From: Bacteroidia bacterium
GTDB lineage: Bacteria; Bacteroidota; Bacteroidia; UKL13-3
Direction of reading: 5' to 3'
Assembly: GCA_046296495.1 (NCBI GenBank)
Contig: JBKBLB010000006.1
Span: forward strand, 37,949-101,948
DNA: 64,000 nt
The stretch's first letter is position 1, and each line of letters begins with the position of its first letter. Below, in pieces: positions 9,669 through 20,469 of the stretch. Under the pieces are notes generated by a model. The model was not told the DNA's origin. It saw nothing but the letters and a program-made list of their open reading frames with translations, and made no database searches. The position numbers were made by a program, and so were the translations under genes.

Positions 9669-11087
9669 ATGAACGTAACATATAATAAAACTTCAGACCT
9701 AACCGGAACTATTACTGTAAATCTGCAACCGGAAGATTATAATCCTGCCTACCAAAAGAAAATAAAAGAACTTATTAAAACCATAAATATACCGGGTTTT
9801 AGGGTTGGTCATGCCCCCAAAAGCATGGTAGAAAAAATGTATGGACAAAGCGTGTTGCTTGATGAAATTAACAAAGCTGCAGGCTCTGCTCTTTACAATT
9901 ATATTGAAAACGAGAAAATAAAAATTTTGGGCGAACCAATATTAAACAAAGAAACACAGGTAAGCGAACTAAGTACTACAAACAATTACTCTTTTTCTTT
10001 TGATATTGGCATGTCTCCAAGTTTTGAATTAAATGTAACAGCCAATGATACTTTTACTAAATACTCGGTAATTATTACCGATGAAATGATAAATGAAGAA
10101 GTAGAACGCATTTGCAGCAAATACGGAAGCCTTAATGAAGCCGAACAAGTGGGAGAAAATGATGTGGTTTACTTTAACATGGTTGAGTTAAATGAGGGTA
10201 CAGTTTTAGAAGGCGGTGTAAATGCAAGTGCTGTTCCTGTGTTAATGAGCAAAGTAAAAAACGAAGACATTAGAAAAACCCTTTTGGGTTCAGCCAAAAA
10301 CAGCGAACACATATTAAATATTTTTGCTTTGTTTGATAATGATGAAGGCGAAATTTCTCATGCGCTGGGCGTACAAAAAGCCGGAGTTGCCGATTTAGGC
10401 CCCGATTTTAAAAGTACCATTACAGATATAAAATCAAACAAACCGGCCGAACTGAATACCGAGTTGTTTGATAAAGTTTACGGTCAGGGTAATGTTGCAA
10501 ACGAAGAAGAGTTTAGAAATAAAATAAAAGAAGAATTAGCAGCATATTTTAATGAGCAAGCAAAACATTTGGTTGAACACGAATTGTTTGATAAACTTGT
10601 TGACAAGCATAACATTCAATTGCCCGATGAATTTTTAAAAGCTTGGTTAATTCAAACACATCCCGATAAGTTTAATGATACCAACATTGACGAAAAATAT
10701 CAATCGGAGGCTAATTATTTAAAAAACCATTTGTTTGAAGAAAAAATTCTTGAAGCCAATAACATTAAAATTTCTTATGATGATATAAGAGAAACAGCAT
10801 ACAGTTACACACGCGGAATGTTTGGCTCATATGGCAGTTATGGATTAACCGATGAAATGATGCAAAGCATTGTAGAGCCGCAGCTTAAAAAAGAAGATTT
10901 TAGAAGCCGCATGATAAACATTGCAATAAGAAAGCGTGTAAACGACTATATACTGAACACGGTAACCTTACAAGAAAAACAAGTAAGCGAAAAAGAGTTT
11001 ATTGCCGTAATGCAAGAGCATAATCACAAACACCACGCTCAACATACCCATAGTGAATTGCATCAAGAATCAACAGTTGAAGCCTAA
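9669..11087 (+). CDS. tig: Trigger factor
   Basis: N-terminal ribosome-binding region with GFRVGHAPK. Length of 472 aa. Acidic C-terminus. Confidence 0.85.
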   Translation: MNVTYNKTSDLTGTITVNLQPEDYNPAYQKKIKELIKTINIPGFRVGHAPKSMVEKMYGQSVLLDEINKAAGSALYNYIENEKIKILGEPILNKETQVSELSTTNNYSFSFDIGMSPSFELNVTANDTFTKYSVIITDEMINEEVERICSKYGSLNEAEQVGENDVVYFNMVELNEGTVLEGGVNASAVPVLMSKVKNEDIRKTLLGSAKNSEHILNIFALFDNDEGEISHALGVQKAGVADLGPDFKSTITDIKSNKPAELNTELFDKVYGQGNVANEEEFRNKIKEELAAYFNEQAKHLVEHELFDKLVDKHNIQLPDEFLKAWLIQTHPDKFNDTNIDEKYQSEANYLKNHLFEEKILEANNIKISYDDIRETAYSYTRGMFGSYGSYGLTDEMMQSIVEPQLKKEDFRSRMINIAIRKRVNDYILNTVTLQEKQVSEKEFIAVMQEHNHKHHAQHTHSELHQESTVEA

Positions 11088-11145
11088 TATTTAGCTTTTG
11101 CTTAATATAAAACATTTAGTTTTGTTTAATTAAAAAATTTAAAAA

Positions 11146-12120
11146 ATGAATAAAGGTCCGGTATCAGAATTTATTTTAAAAAACTATAAGCATTTTAATG
11201 CTGCAGCATTGGTTGATGCAGCCAAAGGTTATGAAACACATTTGCTGGAAGGTGGTAAAATGATGGTAACACTTGCCGGAGCAATGAGCACTGCTGAGCT
11301 TGGCATTAGCCTTGCCGAAATGATTAGGCAAGACAAAGTTTCAATAATTAGTTGCACCGGAGCAAACCTTGAAGAAGATATTATGAATTTGGTAGCACAC
11401 AGTCATTACAAACGTGTGCCAAATTATCGCGATTTATCGCCACAAGACGAATGGGATTTACTTGAAAACCATTTTAACAGGGTTACCGATACGTGTATTC
11501 CGGAAGAAGAAGCATTTCGCAGATTACAAAAACATTTATACCGCGTGTGGAGTGAAGCCGACCAAAAAGGAGAGAGGTATTTTCCGCACGAGTATATGTA
11601 CAAAATGATTTTATCTGGAGAGCTTGAACAATATTACGAAATTGACCCCAAAAACAGTTGGATGGTAGCAGCCGCTCAAAAAAACCTGCCAATAATTGTT
11701 CCGGGATGGGAAGACAGCACTATGGGAAATATTTTTGCTTCATATTGCATTAAAGGCCAAATAAAAGCAAGCACCATGAAAAGCGGTATAGAGTACATGA
11801 TGTGGCTTGCCAATTGGTATGTTAAAAACAGCCAAGGAAAAGGAGTTGGATTTTTTCAAATAGGTGGCGGCATTGCAGGAGATTTTCCTATATGTGTTGT
11901 TCCGATGTTGTATCAGGATATGGAGATGGAAAACATTCCGTTTTGGAGTTATTTCTGCCAAATAAGCGACTCAACAACTTCTTATGGTTCTTACTCGGGA
12001 GCAGTTCCTAACGAAAAAATTACATGGGGCAAGTTAGGTATAGAAACGCCTAAGTTTGTGATAGAAAGCGATGCAACAATTGTTGCTCCTTTAATTTTTG
12101 CCTATCTTTTAGGCTGGTAA
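11146..12120 (+). CDS. Deoxyhypusine synthase family protein (homospermidine-synthase-like)
   Basis: 324 aa. Conserved DHS-like blocks (VTLAGAMSTAELG, SCTGANLEEDI, NAD-binding Rossmann-like). Confidence 0.75.
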   Translation: MNKGPVSEFILKNYKHFNAAALVDAAKGYETHLLEGGKMMVTLAGAMSTAELGISLAEMIRQDKVSIISCTGANLEEDIMNLVAHSHYKRVPNYRDLSPQDEWDLLENHFNRVTDTCIPEEEAFRRLQKHLYRVWSEADQKGERYFPHEYMYKMILSGELEQYYEIDPKNSWMVAAAQKNLPIIVPGWEDSTMGNIFASYCIKGQIKASTMKSGIEYMMWLANWYVKNSQGKGVGFFQIGGGIAGDFPICVVPMLYQDMEMENIPFWSYFCQISDSTTSYGSYSGAVPNEKITWGKLGIETPKFVIESDATIVAPLIFAYLLGW

Positions 12121-12186
12121 AACCAACAAATCATACATTTTAAAATTTATTTTTAATATCCTCGCAATTCAAAAAATTCGGGATAA

Positions 12187-13329
12187 TTGAAAAAAGCCTT
12201 ATATACTTACATTTTATTAGTTACCCTTAAATGCGTTAATGCCCAAGAGTTAAAAGACAAGGTAAAGCAATTATCGCAAAAGGTTGAAGAAAAGTTTACC
12301 GGAGATACAACGGCCGAGCCCAACTTCTTGATGTATCCAACGATAGCTTATACCCCCGAAACCCGCTGGGAAATTGGCTTGGTAAATTTACTGCTGTTTT
12401 ATGCAAACAAAGACAAAACCAATAGACTTAGCGAATTAAATGCATTTACTTTTTTAACCCAAAAAGGGCAATACGGAATTTGGATTGATCATGCAGTTTA
12501 TGGAGAGAAAGACCGCTATTTTTTATTGGGCAATGCCAGATTTCAATATTTTCCGTTAAAATATTACGGAATAGGAAATAATGCACCTTCAGAAAATTAC
12601 TCAATTGTAGAAGCACGCAGCATACAAATAAGGGAACGTGTTCTTACCAAAATTAATGGAAACCTTTTTGGTGGAGTACAATTTGATTATCAGCATTTGG
12701 GTAATGTAAATTTTATTAACAATACGGATAATTTACCAAAGCAAGGAAGCATTTTGGGTATGAATGGTTCAAACAGCAACGGGCTTGGCTTGGCATTGGT
12801 TTTCGATGAACGAAAAAATGTATTAAACGAAAGAAAATCAAGGTTTGCTGAAGCCGGTTTTGTGCATTACGACAAAGTAATAGGAAGCAGCTTTAGCTTT
12901 ACAAAAGTTTTTATAGATGGGAGATGGTTTACAAATGGCTTTGGAAAAAACCAGGTATTTGCGGCTCAAGCAATATCGCAATTAACTTTTGGAAATGCGC
13001 CATTTAATATGCTTAGTCTTGCCGGTGGCGAAAGTATGATGCGTGGATATTACCTTGGCAGGTATCGCGATAACCATCTTATTGCAACACAGGCTGAGTA
13101 CCGGTTTTTGCCTTTTTCGTTTAGTAAAAGAATAGGTGCGGCTGCTTTTTTGGCTTTAGGCTCGGTTCAACCAGAAATAAAACAATTTAATTTTAAAGAA
13201 ATAAAACCTACAGGTGGTGCAGGACTTAGGTATTTAATATTTTCAAGTAAAGATATTTTTATTCGATTTGATGTAGCAGTTAATAAAGAATCGAGCGGTT
13301 ATTACTTGTACATTGGCGAAGCTTTTTAA
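12187..13329 (+). CDS. Outer-membrane beta-barrel protein (Omp85/ShlB-like superfamily, function unknown). TTG start.
   Basis: Signal peptide. Alternating amphipathic beta-strand pattern. C-terminal aromatic residue (…YIGEAF). No ATG is available before the signal peptide and the TTG is preceded by an in-frame stop. Confidence 0.45.
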   Translation: MKKALYTYILLVTLKCVNAQELKDKVKQLSQKVEEKFTGDTTAEPNFLMYPTIAYTPETRWEIGLVNLLLFYANKDKTNRLSELNAFTFLTQKGQYGIWIDHAVYGEKDRYFLLGNARFQYFPLKYYGIGNNAPSENYSIVEARSIQIRERVLTKINGNLFGGVQFDYQHLGNVNFINNTDNLPKQGSILGMNGSNSNGLGLALVFDERKNVLNERKSRFAEAGFVHYDKVIGSSFSFTKVFIDGRWFTNGFGKNQVFAAQAISQLTFGNAPFNMLSLAGGESMMRGYYLGRYRDNHLIATQAEYRFLPFSFSKRIGAAAFLALGSVQPEIKQFNFKEIKPTGGAGLRYLIFSSKDIFIRFDVAVNKESSGYYLYIGEAF

Positions 13330-13375
13330 AAAGCAATTTGCTAAATAGAAATAAAACTTCAACATTTACAACCAA

Positions 13376-14806
13376 ATGGCACTAAGCAGATTTTGGTCGT
13401 ATATACTTGTACTAAGCCTTACATTTATTTTTTACGATTTATTGTTTGGCAATCTTTACACACTTACACAAATAGTAAATGGCAAACAAAACGAACCTTT
13501 GCTTATCAATCAAATTGACGCAAATCAGTTATTTTATACAGATTCTGCATTACACAATAAAGTTATTGCAAGTGGCGAAAATGGCCTTGAGCAAGAAGAA
13601 TTGTTATATAAAGCAAAAAACAATGTTGTATATATTTATAAAGGCAAACAGCAAGCCGATGGCATATTTGCAACCTGCAAAAATACCATAATGGAAATTT
13701 GGTTGCCTTTAATTGGTTACCTTACCTTTTTTTGTGGTTTGCTTAATTTATTAAGCGATTCGAATGCAACCGAAAAAATAGCAAGATTGCTAACACCTAT
13801 ATTTGTAAGAATTTTTCCCGAATTGCCCAAAGGCCACGAAGCGTATGGGTTTATGACGATGAATTTTGCTGCCAATTTTCTTGGGCTTGATAATGCAGCA
13901 ACTCCATTTGGACTAAAAGCCATGGAAAGTATGCAGCAGGTAAATACCGATAAAACCAAAGCCAGCAACAGCCAAATAATGTTTTTGTGCCTTCATGCTG
14001 CGGGATTAACATTAATTCCAACTTCAATTATTGGTTACAGAGCGGCACAATATGCGGCAAATCCGGCCGATATAATGTTGCCTACAATTATTACATCTTT
14101 TGTTGGAACCGTTGCTGCTTTACTTTTTGTAAGCATTAAACAACGTATAAACTTATTAAACCCTGTAATTATTGGTGGTATAAGCATTGTAAGCGCATTA
14201 ATTGCTTTGCTTTTGTTTTACATAAGCAAATTAAACAGTATTGAAAAGTTACATATTACAGGAAATTTAAGCAACTCGGTTTTATTAATAATAATACTTC
14301 TTATAGTGCTTTACAGCATAGTAAACGAAAAGGTATTTAAAACAAAATCAACCAATATTTTCGATTCGTTTGTTCATGGAGCTAAAGATGGGTTTACTGT
14401 TGGCTTGCGGGTTTTGCCTTATATGATTGCAATGCTAGTTGAATTAAGCATTTTCAGAAACTCGGGGCTTATGAATATAATTTTGGGTGGTTTTACAAAA
14501 TTATTGAGCGCTTTTAATGTTGACAGGCAGGTAATAGATGCTATACCTGTAGCCATTATGCGACCCTTTAGTGCCGGAGGTTCAAGGGGTTTTATGCTCG
14601 ATGCCATGCGTATTTATGGTGCCGATAGTATTGCCGGGCGTTTGTCTTGCTTGTTTCAGGGCGCTGCCGAAACAACTTTTTATGTAATTGCGCTTTATTT
14701 TGGTTCGGTAAACATTAAAGAAACGCGCTATACACTTGGAATAATGTTGCTTGTAGATTTGGTTTGCGTGCTTACATCAATAGCAGTAGTGTATATTTAC
14801 TTTTAA
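13376..14806 (+). CDS. Nucleoside-recognition (GATE) domain membrane protein, SpmA/SpmB-like
   Basis: Polytopic membrane protein with two nucleoside-transporter-like repeats (NAATPFGLKAME...). Confidence 0.55.
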   Translation: MALSRFWSYILVLSLTFIFYDLLFGNLYTLTQIVNGKQNEPLLINQIDANQLFYTDSALHNKVIASGENGLEQEELLYKAKNNVVYIYKGKQQADGIFATCKNTIMEIWLPLIGYLTFFCGLLNLLSDSNATEKIARLLTPIFVRIFPELPKGHEAYGFMTMNFAANFLGLDNAATPFGLKAMESMQQVNTDKTKASNSQIMFLCLHAAGLTLIPTSIIGYRAAQYAANPADIMLPTIITSFVGTVAALLFVSIKQRINLLNPVIIGGISIVSALIALLLFYISKLNSIEKLHITGNLSNSVLLIIILLIVLYSIVNEKVFKTKSTNIFDSFVHGAKDGFTVGLRVLPYMIAMLVELSIFRNSGLMNIILGGFTKLLSAFNVDRQVIDAIPVAIMRPFSAGGSRGFMLDAMRIYGADSIAGRLSCLFQGAAETTFYVIALYFGSVNIKETRYTLGIMLLVDLVCVLTSIAVVYIYF

Positions 14807-14813
14807 TATAACT

Positions 14814-16112
14814 TTAAAACTTACCAGATAACCTTAACAATTCGGTTTCGGTAATTTTGGCTTCAAACAAAGCAGTTAAAAGCCTGTTTTCTGCCTGCAA
14901 CATTTCGTTTTGAGCCAAACGCAGTTCAATGGCTGTTATTTTTCCTTCGTTATACAAATCATTACTTAAGCTGTAGTTTTCTTTGGCTATTGCAACATTG
15001 TTTTTTTCTCGCTCAACCAAAATTAATGCAGTATTGTAAGTGTTTATTAAAGTTTTAATAAGGGCTTTTATTTGCTGAACCGAATCTTTGTATGTAAGTT
15101 CGGCATTATTTTGCTGCAATCTCGATATGTTTATTCTTCTGCTTACATCAAAACCGTTGAATAAATTATAACTAATACCTACACCAATGTGAAACCCGTT
15201 AGTTGATGCTGTTTGTAAAAAACCCGCTTCTGAGTTTAAGGTATTAAACAAATAACCTGTTCTAAATTGCAGCATAGGAAACCTGTCAGCTTTATTTTCT
15301 TTTAAAGCGTAGTTTGTAAGGTCTTTGTTGCGTTTTTGAATTTGTAAACCCGTATAGTTTTTTTCAACCAAAGCTTCAAATTCATATAACTCAATATTAT
15401 TAAGGCTTATGTTTTTTTCAACTTCAAAATCCGTTTCAATATTTTGGGCAAGCAATTCGTTCAATTTATATTTTAAAGTAAGCAGGTAATTTTTTTCTTT
15501 TAAAAGCATTGCATCATCTGTGTTTTTATCAACCTGTGCTTTAAGCAATTCGGTTTTTACAACTTTGCCGTTTTTATATTTTTCGTTTATTACATCAAGC
15601 CGTTCTATGTTGTATTTATTTATTTGCTCAAGAACCTCAATTTTGTTTTGTTGTAATAAAATTTCAAAATAAGCTTTGGTTATTTTACTTATGGTTAGTT
15701 CTACTTGCTGTTTAAGTTGCAGCTTGCCAATCATTTCAACTTCGGCTAATTTTTTACGGGTTATAAACATACGTGTACCGTTAAAAACCGTCCAGTTAAG
15801 TTCTACATTGCTGTTTAACGAGTTGTTAATGGCATTGTTTCTAATATTTTCGGCACCATTTAAAAATCGTTGTCGTGTGTTAAGAGTTTGGTTATCTTGG
15901 TTTATACCTGCAACAATGTTTGGCAACATACCTGCGCTGCCAACCGAATTATTTAAGCGTGAAATTTCGTAATCGTTTTTATATGTTAAAATGCTGTAAT
16001 TATTTTCAAGCCCTATGTTTATGGCATCTTTTAATGTAAGTAGTTTTTGAGCTTTGGTTTGAAAAATAAAAACACAAGATAAAAAAAATATATTATATAA
16101 CTGCTTAGTCAT
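14814..16112 (-). CDS. TolC-family outer-membrane efflux protein (OMF). Last gene of the RND operon.
   Basis: OEP family repeats and signal peptide. The start is taken at the Met (MTKQLYNIFF) 8 nt inside the end of the RND gene rather than at the longer ORF start, 16172. Confidence 0.8.
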   Translation of the reverse strand: MTKQLYNIFFLSCVFIFQTKAQKLLTLKDAINIGLENNYSILTYKNDYEISRLNNSVGSAGMLPNIVAGINQDNQTLNTRQRFLNGAENIRNNAINNSLNSNVELNWTVFNGTRMFITRKKLAEVEMIGKLQLKQQVELTISKITKAYFEILLQQNKIEVLEQINKYNIERLDVINEKYKNGKVVKTELLKAQVDKNTDDAMLLKEKNYLLTLKYKLNELLAQNIETDFEVEKNISLNNIELYEFEALVEKNYTGLQIQKRNKDLTNYALKENKADRFPMLQFRTGYLFNTLNSEAGFLQTASTNGFHIGVGISYNLFNGFDVSRRINISRLQQNNAELTYKDSVQQIKALIKTLINTYNTALILVEREKNNVAIAKENYSLSNDLYNEGKITAIELRLAQNEMLQAENRLLTALFEAKITETELLRLSGKF

Positions 16113-19100
16113 TGCTGCCTTTAATGTTTGAAGTTGTTTTAGAAACATAGCTGTAAATTGCCGGAACAACATATAGGGTTAAAAACCCCGAAAAAATTAA
16201 ACCGCCAACAATAACAATACCCATAGGAATACGGCTTGTAGAGCCGGAGCCAAGAGCCAAAGCAATTGGTAATGCACCCAAAATGGTAGCAAGGCTGGTC
16301 ATTAAAATTGGCCTTAAACGAGCAACTGCTGCCTGTTTAACAGCTTCATTATTGTTAAGCCCTTTTTCTTTAAGTTGATTGGCAAACTCAACAATTAAAA
16401 TACCATTTTTGGTAACAAGGCCAAGTAAAACAATTATACCTATCTGGCTAAAGATGTTTATGGTTTGGTTAAAATACCATAGGCTAAACAATGCACCTGC
16501 CAAAGCAAGTGGTACGGTTATCATAATTATTATCGGGTCGCGAAAACTTTCGAATTGTGCTGCAAGAATTAAAAAAACCAAAAGCAATGCCAATAAAAAG
16601 GCAAACATGGTGTTTGACGAGCTTTCGGCAAAATCTCTTGATGGGCCCGATAATTCGGTTGCAAATGTTTCATCTAAAACATTAGATGCTATACGCCTCA
16701 TTTCATCAATCCCATCTCCAAGCGTTTTGCCTGGAGCCAGGCCTGCACTTACTGTTGCCGATTTAAAACGATTGTAATGATACAATTGCGGTGGATTGCT
16801 TTGCTCTTCAATATCTACAACATTATCAAGCTGTATTAATTTTCCCTTATTATTTTTAACATACAGCGATTGCAAGTCGGCCGGTTCATCGCGGCTTGCA
16901 CGATTTGCCTGTCCAATTATCTGATATTGTTTGCCGTTTCGTGTAAAATAGCCATATCTTATTCCACCGTAAACAAATTGCAATGTTTGGGCTATTGCCT
17001 GAACCGAAACACCCAAATTTTGAGCTTTTTGTCGGTTTATGCTAACAACAAGTTCGGGGCGATTAAATTTTAAATTCACATCAACACCCTGAAAAACGGG
17101 GCTTTTAGCAGCTTCGGCCATAAATTTCGGAACAGCTTGTTGAAGTTTTTCAAAACTTTGGTTTTGTAAAATAAACTGCACCGGCAATCCAACTCTTGGA
17201 CCACCGCTGCCACTTATGGTTTGTTCTTGCAAAACAAACGATCGGGCTTCGATTAGCAACATTACATCTTTTTGCAATTTTTGTGCTATTTCGTTTTGTG
17301 TTCGTGTTCGTTGTGTCGGTTCAACCAAACCAATACGGGCAAAACCGGTATTAACGGCACCGCTACCTGTAAACTGTGGCGAAGTAACCAACAGATTTAT
17401 GCGCATTTCTGGGACGCTGTCTTCGGTTATTTGGCCAAGTTTATCCATGTATGCATCCATGTATTCGTAGCTTGAACCTTCGGGTGCCGTAGCCGAAATT
17501 CTTAACATGCTACGGTCGTCAAGGGGCGAAAGTTCTGAAGGCAATGTAGAACCATAGTAAAAAATTGCTCCGCCAGACATCAGTACCAACAACCACGCCA
17601 GCCAACGTCTTCTCATAAAAGCATTTAATGACTGGCTGTAATTTTTATTCAACCATACAAAAAAAGGCTCGGTAATGGTGTAAAACTTTGTTGGCTCTTT
17701 GCTTCTTCGTTGAAGGTAAACACTTAAAACAGGTGTTAAAGTTAGGCTTACAAAAGAAGATATAAGCACGGCACCTGCCAACACCACGCCAAATTCGCGA
17801 AATAAGCGGCCCACAAAACCTTGTAAGAAAATAATAGGTAAAAATACAATGGCAAGCGATAATGATGTAGCTATAACAGCAAAAAATATTTCGTTTGTTC
17901 CTTCTATCGCAGCCTGCTTTCGGCCAAGTCCCTTTTCTATTTTTTTAAAAATATTTTCGGTAACAACAATGCCATCATCAACCACAAGGCCTGTTGCGAG
18001 TACTATGCCAAGCAACGTGAGAATATTAATCGAAAAGCCTGCCAAATACATAATAAAAAATGCACCAAGCAACGAAACCGGAATATCAATTAACGGGCGA
18101 ACGGCAATTATCCAGTCTCGGAAAAACAAGAAAATAATTAATACAACCAAAAAGAAAGCAATAAGAAGTGTTTCTTTAACTTCGGTAATTGATTTACTGA
18201 CAAATTTTGTATTGTCGAGAACAATATCAATTTTAAAATCTTCGGGAACTTCTTTTTTTATTTGTTCATAACGTTTGTAAAACTCTTTTGCAATATCAAT
18301 ATGGTTGGCTCCGGGAAGCGGCACAAGAGCTAGGGCTACCATGGGAAGTTTACCGCTTTTTAGAACACTTTGTTCGTTTTCGGTACCAAGCACTGCTTTA
18401 CCAACATCGTTTAATCTAACGGCTTTGCCATTTATGTTTGTAATTATTAAATCGTTAAACTCATCTTCGTTAGTTAGTCTGCCACTCGTTTTTATGGTTA
18501 ATTCGGTGTTGTTGCCTTCAATTTTACCTCCGGGCAATTCTATGTTTTCACGGTCTAAAGCAACTTTTACGTCAAGTGCCGTAAGGCCAAATGCAGCAAG
18601 TTTTTCGGGTTCAAGCCAAATACGCATGGCATAGCGTTTTTGTCCCCACATTTGCAAAGAGCTTACACCCGGTATGGTTTGAAGCCTTTCTAACAAAACA
18701 TTTTCAGCATAATCGCTCACTTCAAGGTGTGTTCGGGTACTGCTTTGCACGGTCATGCTTATTATGGCTTCGCTGTTTGCATCGGCTTTGCTTACCACGG
18801 GCGCCTGATCTATATCTTGTGGCAATTGCCTTATCGCTTGCGAAACTTTGTCGCGCACATCATTTGCTGCTTCTTCTAGGTCAACACCAAGATTAAACTC
18901 TACTGTTATTACGCTCGAGCCAAGGTTGCTTGCCGAAGAAATACTTCTAACACCTGAAATGCCATTAATTACTTTTTCGAGCGGCTCGGTTATTTGCGAT
19001 TCGATGATATCGGGGTTTGCACCGGCATAACCGGTTCTTACAGTAATTACTGGCGGATCGATAGAAGGAAACTCTCGAACACCAAGGTAACTAAAAGAAA

Positions 19101-19179
19101 TAATGCCAAATAGCATTATAACAATTGACATTACCATGGATAAAACAGGCCTTTTTATACTAACCGAGGCAATACTCAT
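16105..19179 (-). CDS. RND family efflux transporter permease (AcrB/HAE1-like)
   Basis: 1024 aa. MSIASVSIKRPVL N-terminus. 12-TM RND architecture. Confidence 0.9.
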   Translation of the reverse strand: MSIASVSIKRPVLSMVMSIVIMLFGIISFSYLGVREFPSIDPPVITVRTGYAGANPDIIESQITEPLEKVINGISGVRSISSASNLGSSVITVEFNLGVDLEEAANDVRDKVSQAIRQLPQDIDQAPVVSKADANSEAIISMTVQSSTRTHLEVSDYAENVLLERLQTIPGVSSLQMWGQKRYAMRIWLEPEKLAAFGLTALDVKVALDRENIELPGGKIEGNNTELTIKTSGRLTNEDEFNDLIITNINGKAVRLNDVGKAVLGTENEQSVLKSGKLPMVALALVPLPGANHIDIAKEFYKRYEQIKKEVPEDFKIDIVLDNTKFVSKSITEVKETLLIAFFLVVLIIFLFFRDWIIAVRPLIDIPVSLLGAFFIMYLAGFSINILTLLGIVLATGLVVDDGIVVTENIFKKIEKGLGRKQAAIEGTNEIFFAVIATSLSLAIVFLPIIFLQGFVGRLFREFGVVLAGAVLISSFVSLTLTPVLSVYLQRRSKEPTKFYTITEPFFVWLNKNYSQSLNAFMRRRWLAWLLVLMSGGAIFYYGSTLPSELSPLDDRSMLRISATAPEGSSYEYMDAYMDKLGQITEDSVPEMRINLLVTSPQFTGSGAVNTGFARIGLVEPTQRTRTQNEIAQKLQKDVMLLIEARSFVLQEQTISGSGGPRVGLPVQFILQNQSFEKLQQAVPKFMAEAAKSPVFQGVDVNLKFNRPELVVSINRQKAQNLGVSVQAIAQTLQFVYGGIRYGYFTRNGKQYQIIGQANRASRDEPADLQSLYVKNNKGKLIQLDNVVDIEEQSNPPQLYHYNRFKSATVSAGLAPGKTLGDGIDEMRRIASNVLDETFATELSGPSRDFAESSSNTMFAFLLALLLVFLILAAQFESFRDPIIIMITVPLALAGALFSLWYFNQTINIFSQIGIIVLLGLVTKNGILIVEFANQLKEKGLNNNEAVKQAAVARLRPILMTSLATILGALPIALALGSGSTSRIPMGIVIVGGLIFSGFLTLYVVPAIYSYVSKTTSNIKGSND

Positions 19180-20259
19180 TTACAATAAGTCTCCTTTGTT
19201 TTCTACTTTGCCAACCCTAACTTTTGAGTTGTTTCGCATATACATTATACCGGCAACTACAATCGAATCTCCGGCTTTTAAGCCCGAAAGTACTTCTATT
19301 TTATTATCAGAACGAAAGCCCGTTTCAATTACTTGTTCAACTACACTATCAGCTTTAACAACATAAACTTTTTGTACTTTTAAACCGGGCACAACACTTT
19401 GTGTAGGTATGCTTATTATATTTTCTTTTTGTTTAAGTTTTACAGTAACATCGGCAAAAGCACCTGCATTTAAATTTGCCATATTGTTAAACCAAGCTCT
19501 TACGGTAAGGTTTCGTGTTGTTTCATCAACTTTAGGTTCAAAAGCATAAATTGTGGCTTCGTGAACTTTTTTTCCTTTTGATGGTGTAGTAAATGTTATG
19601 GTTTGACCTTTGCTAACATAGCCGGCATATTTTTCGGGAATTGAAAACTCCAATTTTAATTTATCAGTTTGTTGAATGGCAGTAATTGCGGTGCCCGGCC
19701 CAACCATGCTACCTTCGTAAATATTACTAATGCCAATAAAACCATTAAAGGGTGCTCTTATTTTCGATTTTTCAATCTGTTGTTCGATTGTTGCAACTTC
19801 GGCATTAGCAATTTGCAGTTCGGCTTCCGAAACATTATATTCTTCATCGCTTATGGCTCCTTTTTTTACAAGATTTTTATTGCGTTCAAAAATTTGTTGT
19901 TTAAGTTTTTGTTGCGCTTTTAATTTTTGCAGCTGAGCCAACAAATCGTTTACATTTATTTCGGCAAGCAGTTGGTTATGTTTTACATATTCGCCTTCGT
20001 TGAAATATATTTTTAATATTCGGCCTTGAATTTCGCTGTATAAAACAACCTCTTTGGCAGCAAGCAGGCTTCCCGAAACATTAATATTTGCAGATGTTGC
20101 CGTTGGCCTTGCTACAAATACCGAAACACTAACCGGCATATTAGGTTTTGCCTGATGTGTTGATGTGCTTTGCTTGTTATTGCCGCACCATAACTTTGGT
20201 ATTGCAAGTGCCACAATAATAAGCAAGGGTATTATGTACGATAGTTGTTTTTTTGTCAT
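19180..20259 (-). CDS. RND efflux periplasmic adaptor subunit (MFP/HlyD family)
   Basis: Signal/anchor, coiled-coil hairpin (LQKLKAQQKLKQQIFERNKNL), beta-barrel and MP domains. Its stop abuts the RND start. Confidence 0.85.
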   Translation of the reverse strand: MTKKQLSYIIPLLIIVALAIPKLWCGNNKQSTSTHQAKPNMPVSVSVFVARPTATSANINVSGSLLAAKEVVLYSEIQGRILKIYFNEGEYVKHNQLLAEINVNDLLAQLQKLKAQQKLKQQIFERNKNLVKKGAISDEEYNVSEAELQIANAEVATIEQQIEKSKIRAPFNGFIGISNIYEGSMVGPGTAITAIQQTDKLKLEFSIPEKYAGYVSKGQTITFTTPSKGKKVHEATIYAFEPKVDETTRNLTVRAWFNNMANLNAGAFADVTVKLKQKENIISIPTQSVVPGLKVQKVYVVKADSVVEQVIETGFRSDNKIEVLSGLKAGDSIVVAGIMYMRNNSKVRVGKVENKGDLL

Positions 20260-20469
20260 AGGCCTGCAAGTTTAAATAAACCATTAGTATTTTTTTTAGT
20301 TTGATTAAAAGGAAAGTTATAGCAAAAGACTAGTTAAATGGCTGAAAAACAAACAAGCAAACCAAGACATTAATAAAGATTAAGTAAAAAAGAATAATGT
20401 TTGCGTAATGAATAATTTACATAAAAAAGAAAATCGAAAACTATGAAATTTCAATGAACAAGTAATATA

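Noticed and set aside
14814-16172. Longer TolC ORF start at 16172, overlapping the RND gene by 68 nt.
   Set aside because: The internal Met at 16112 gives a proper signal peptide and only an 8-nt overlap.
16379-19366. Multiple 60-140-aa ORFs on the plus strand (16379, 17849, 18305, 18591 and others).
   Set aside because: They lie entirely antisense within the RND pump gene. They are low-complexity artefacts of the AT-rich antisense frame.
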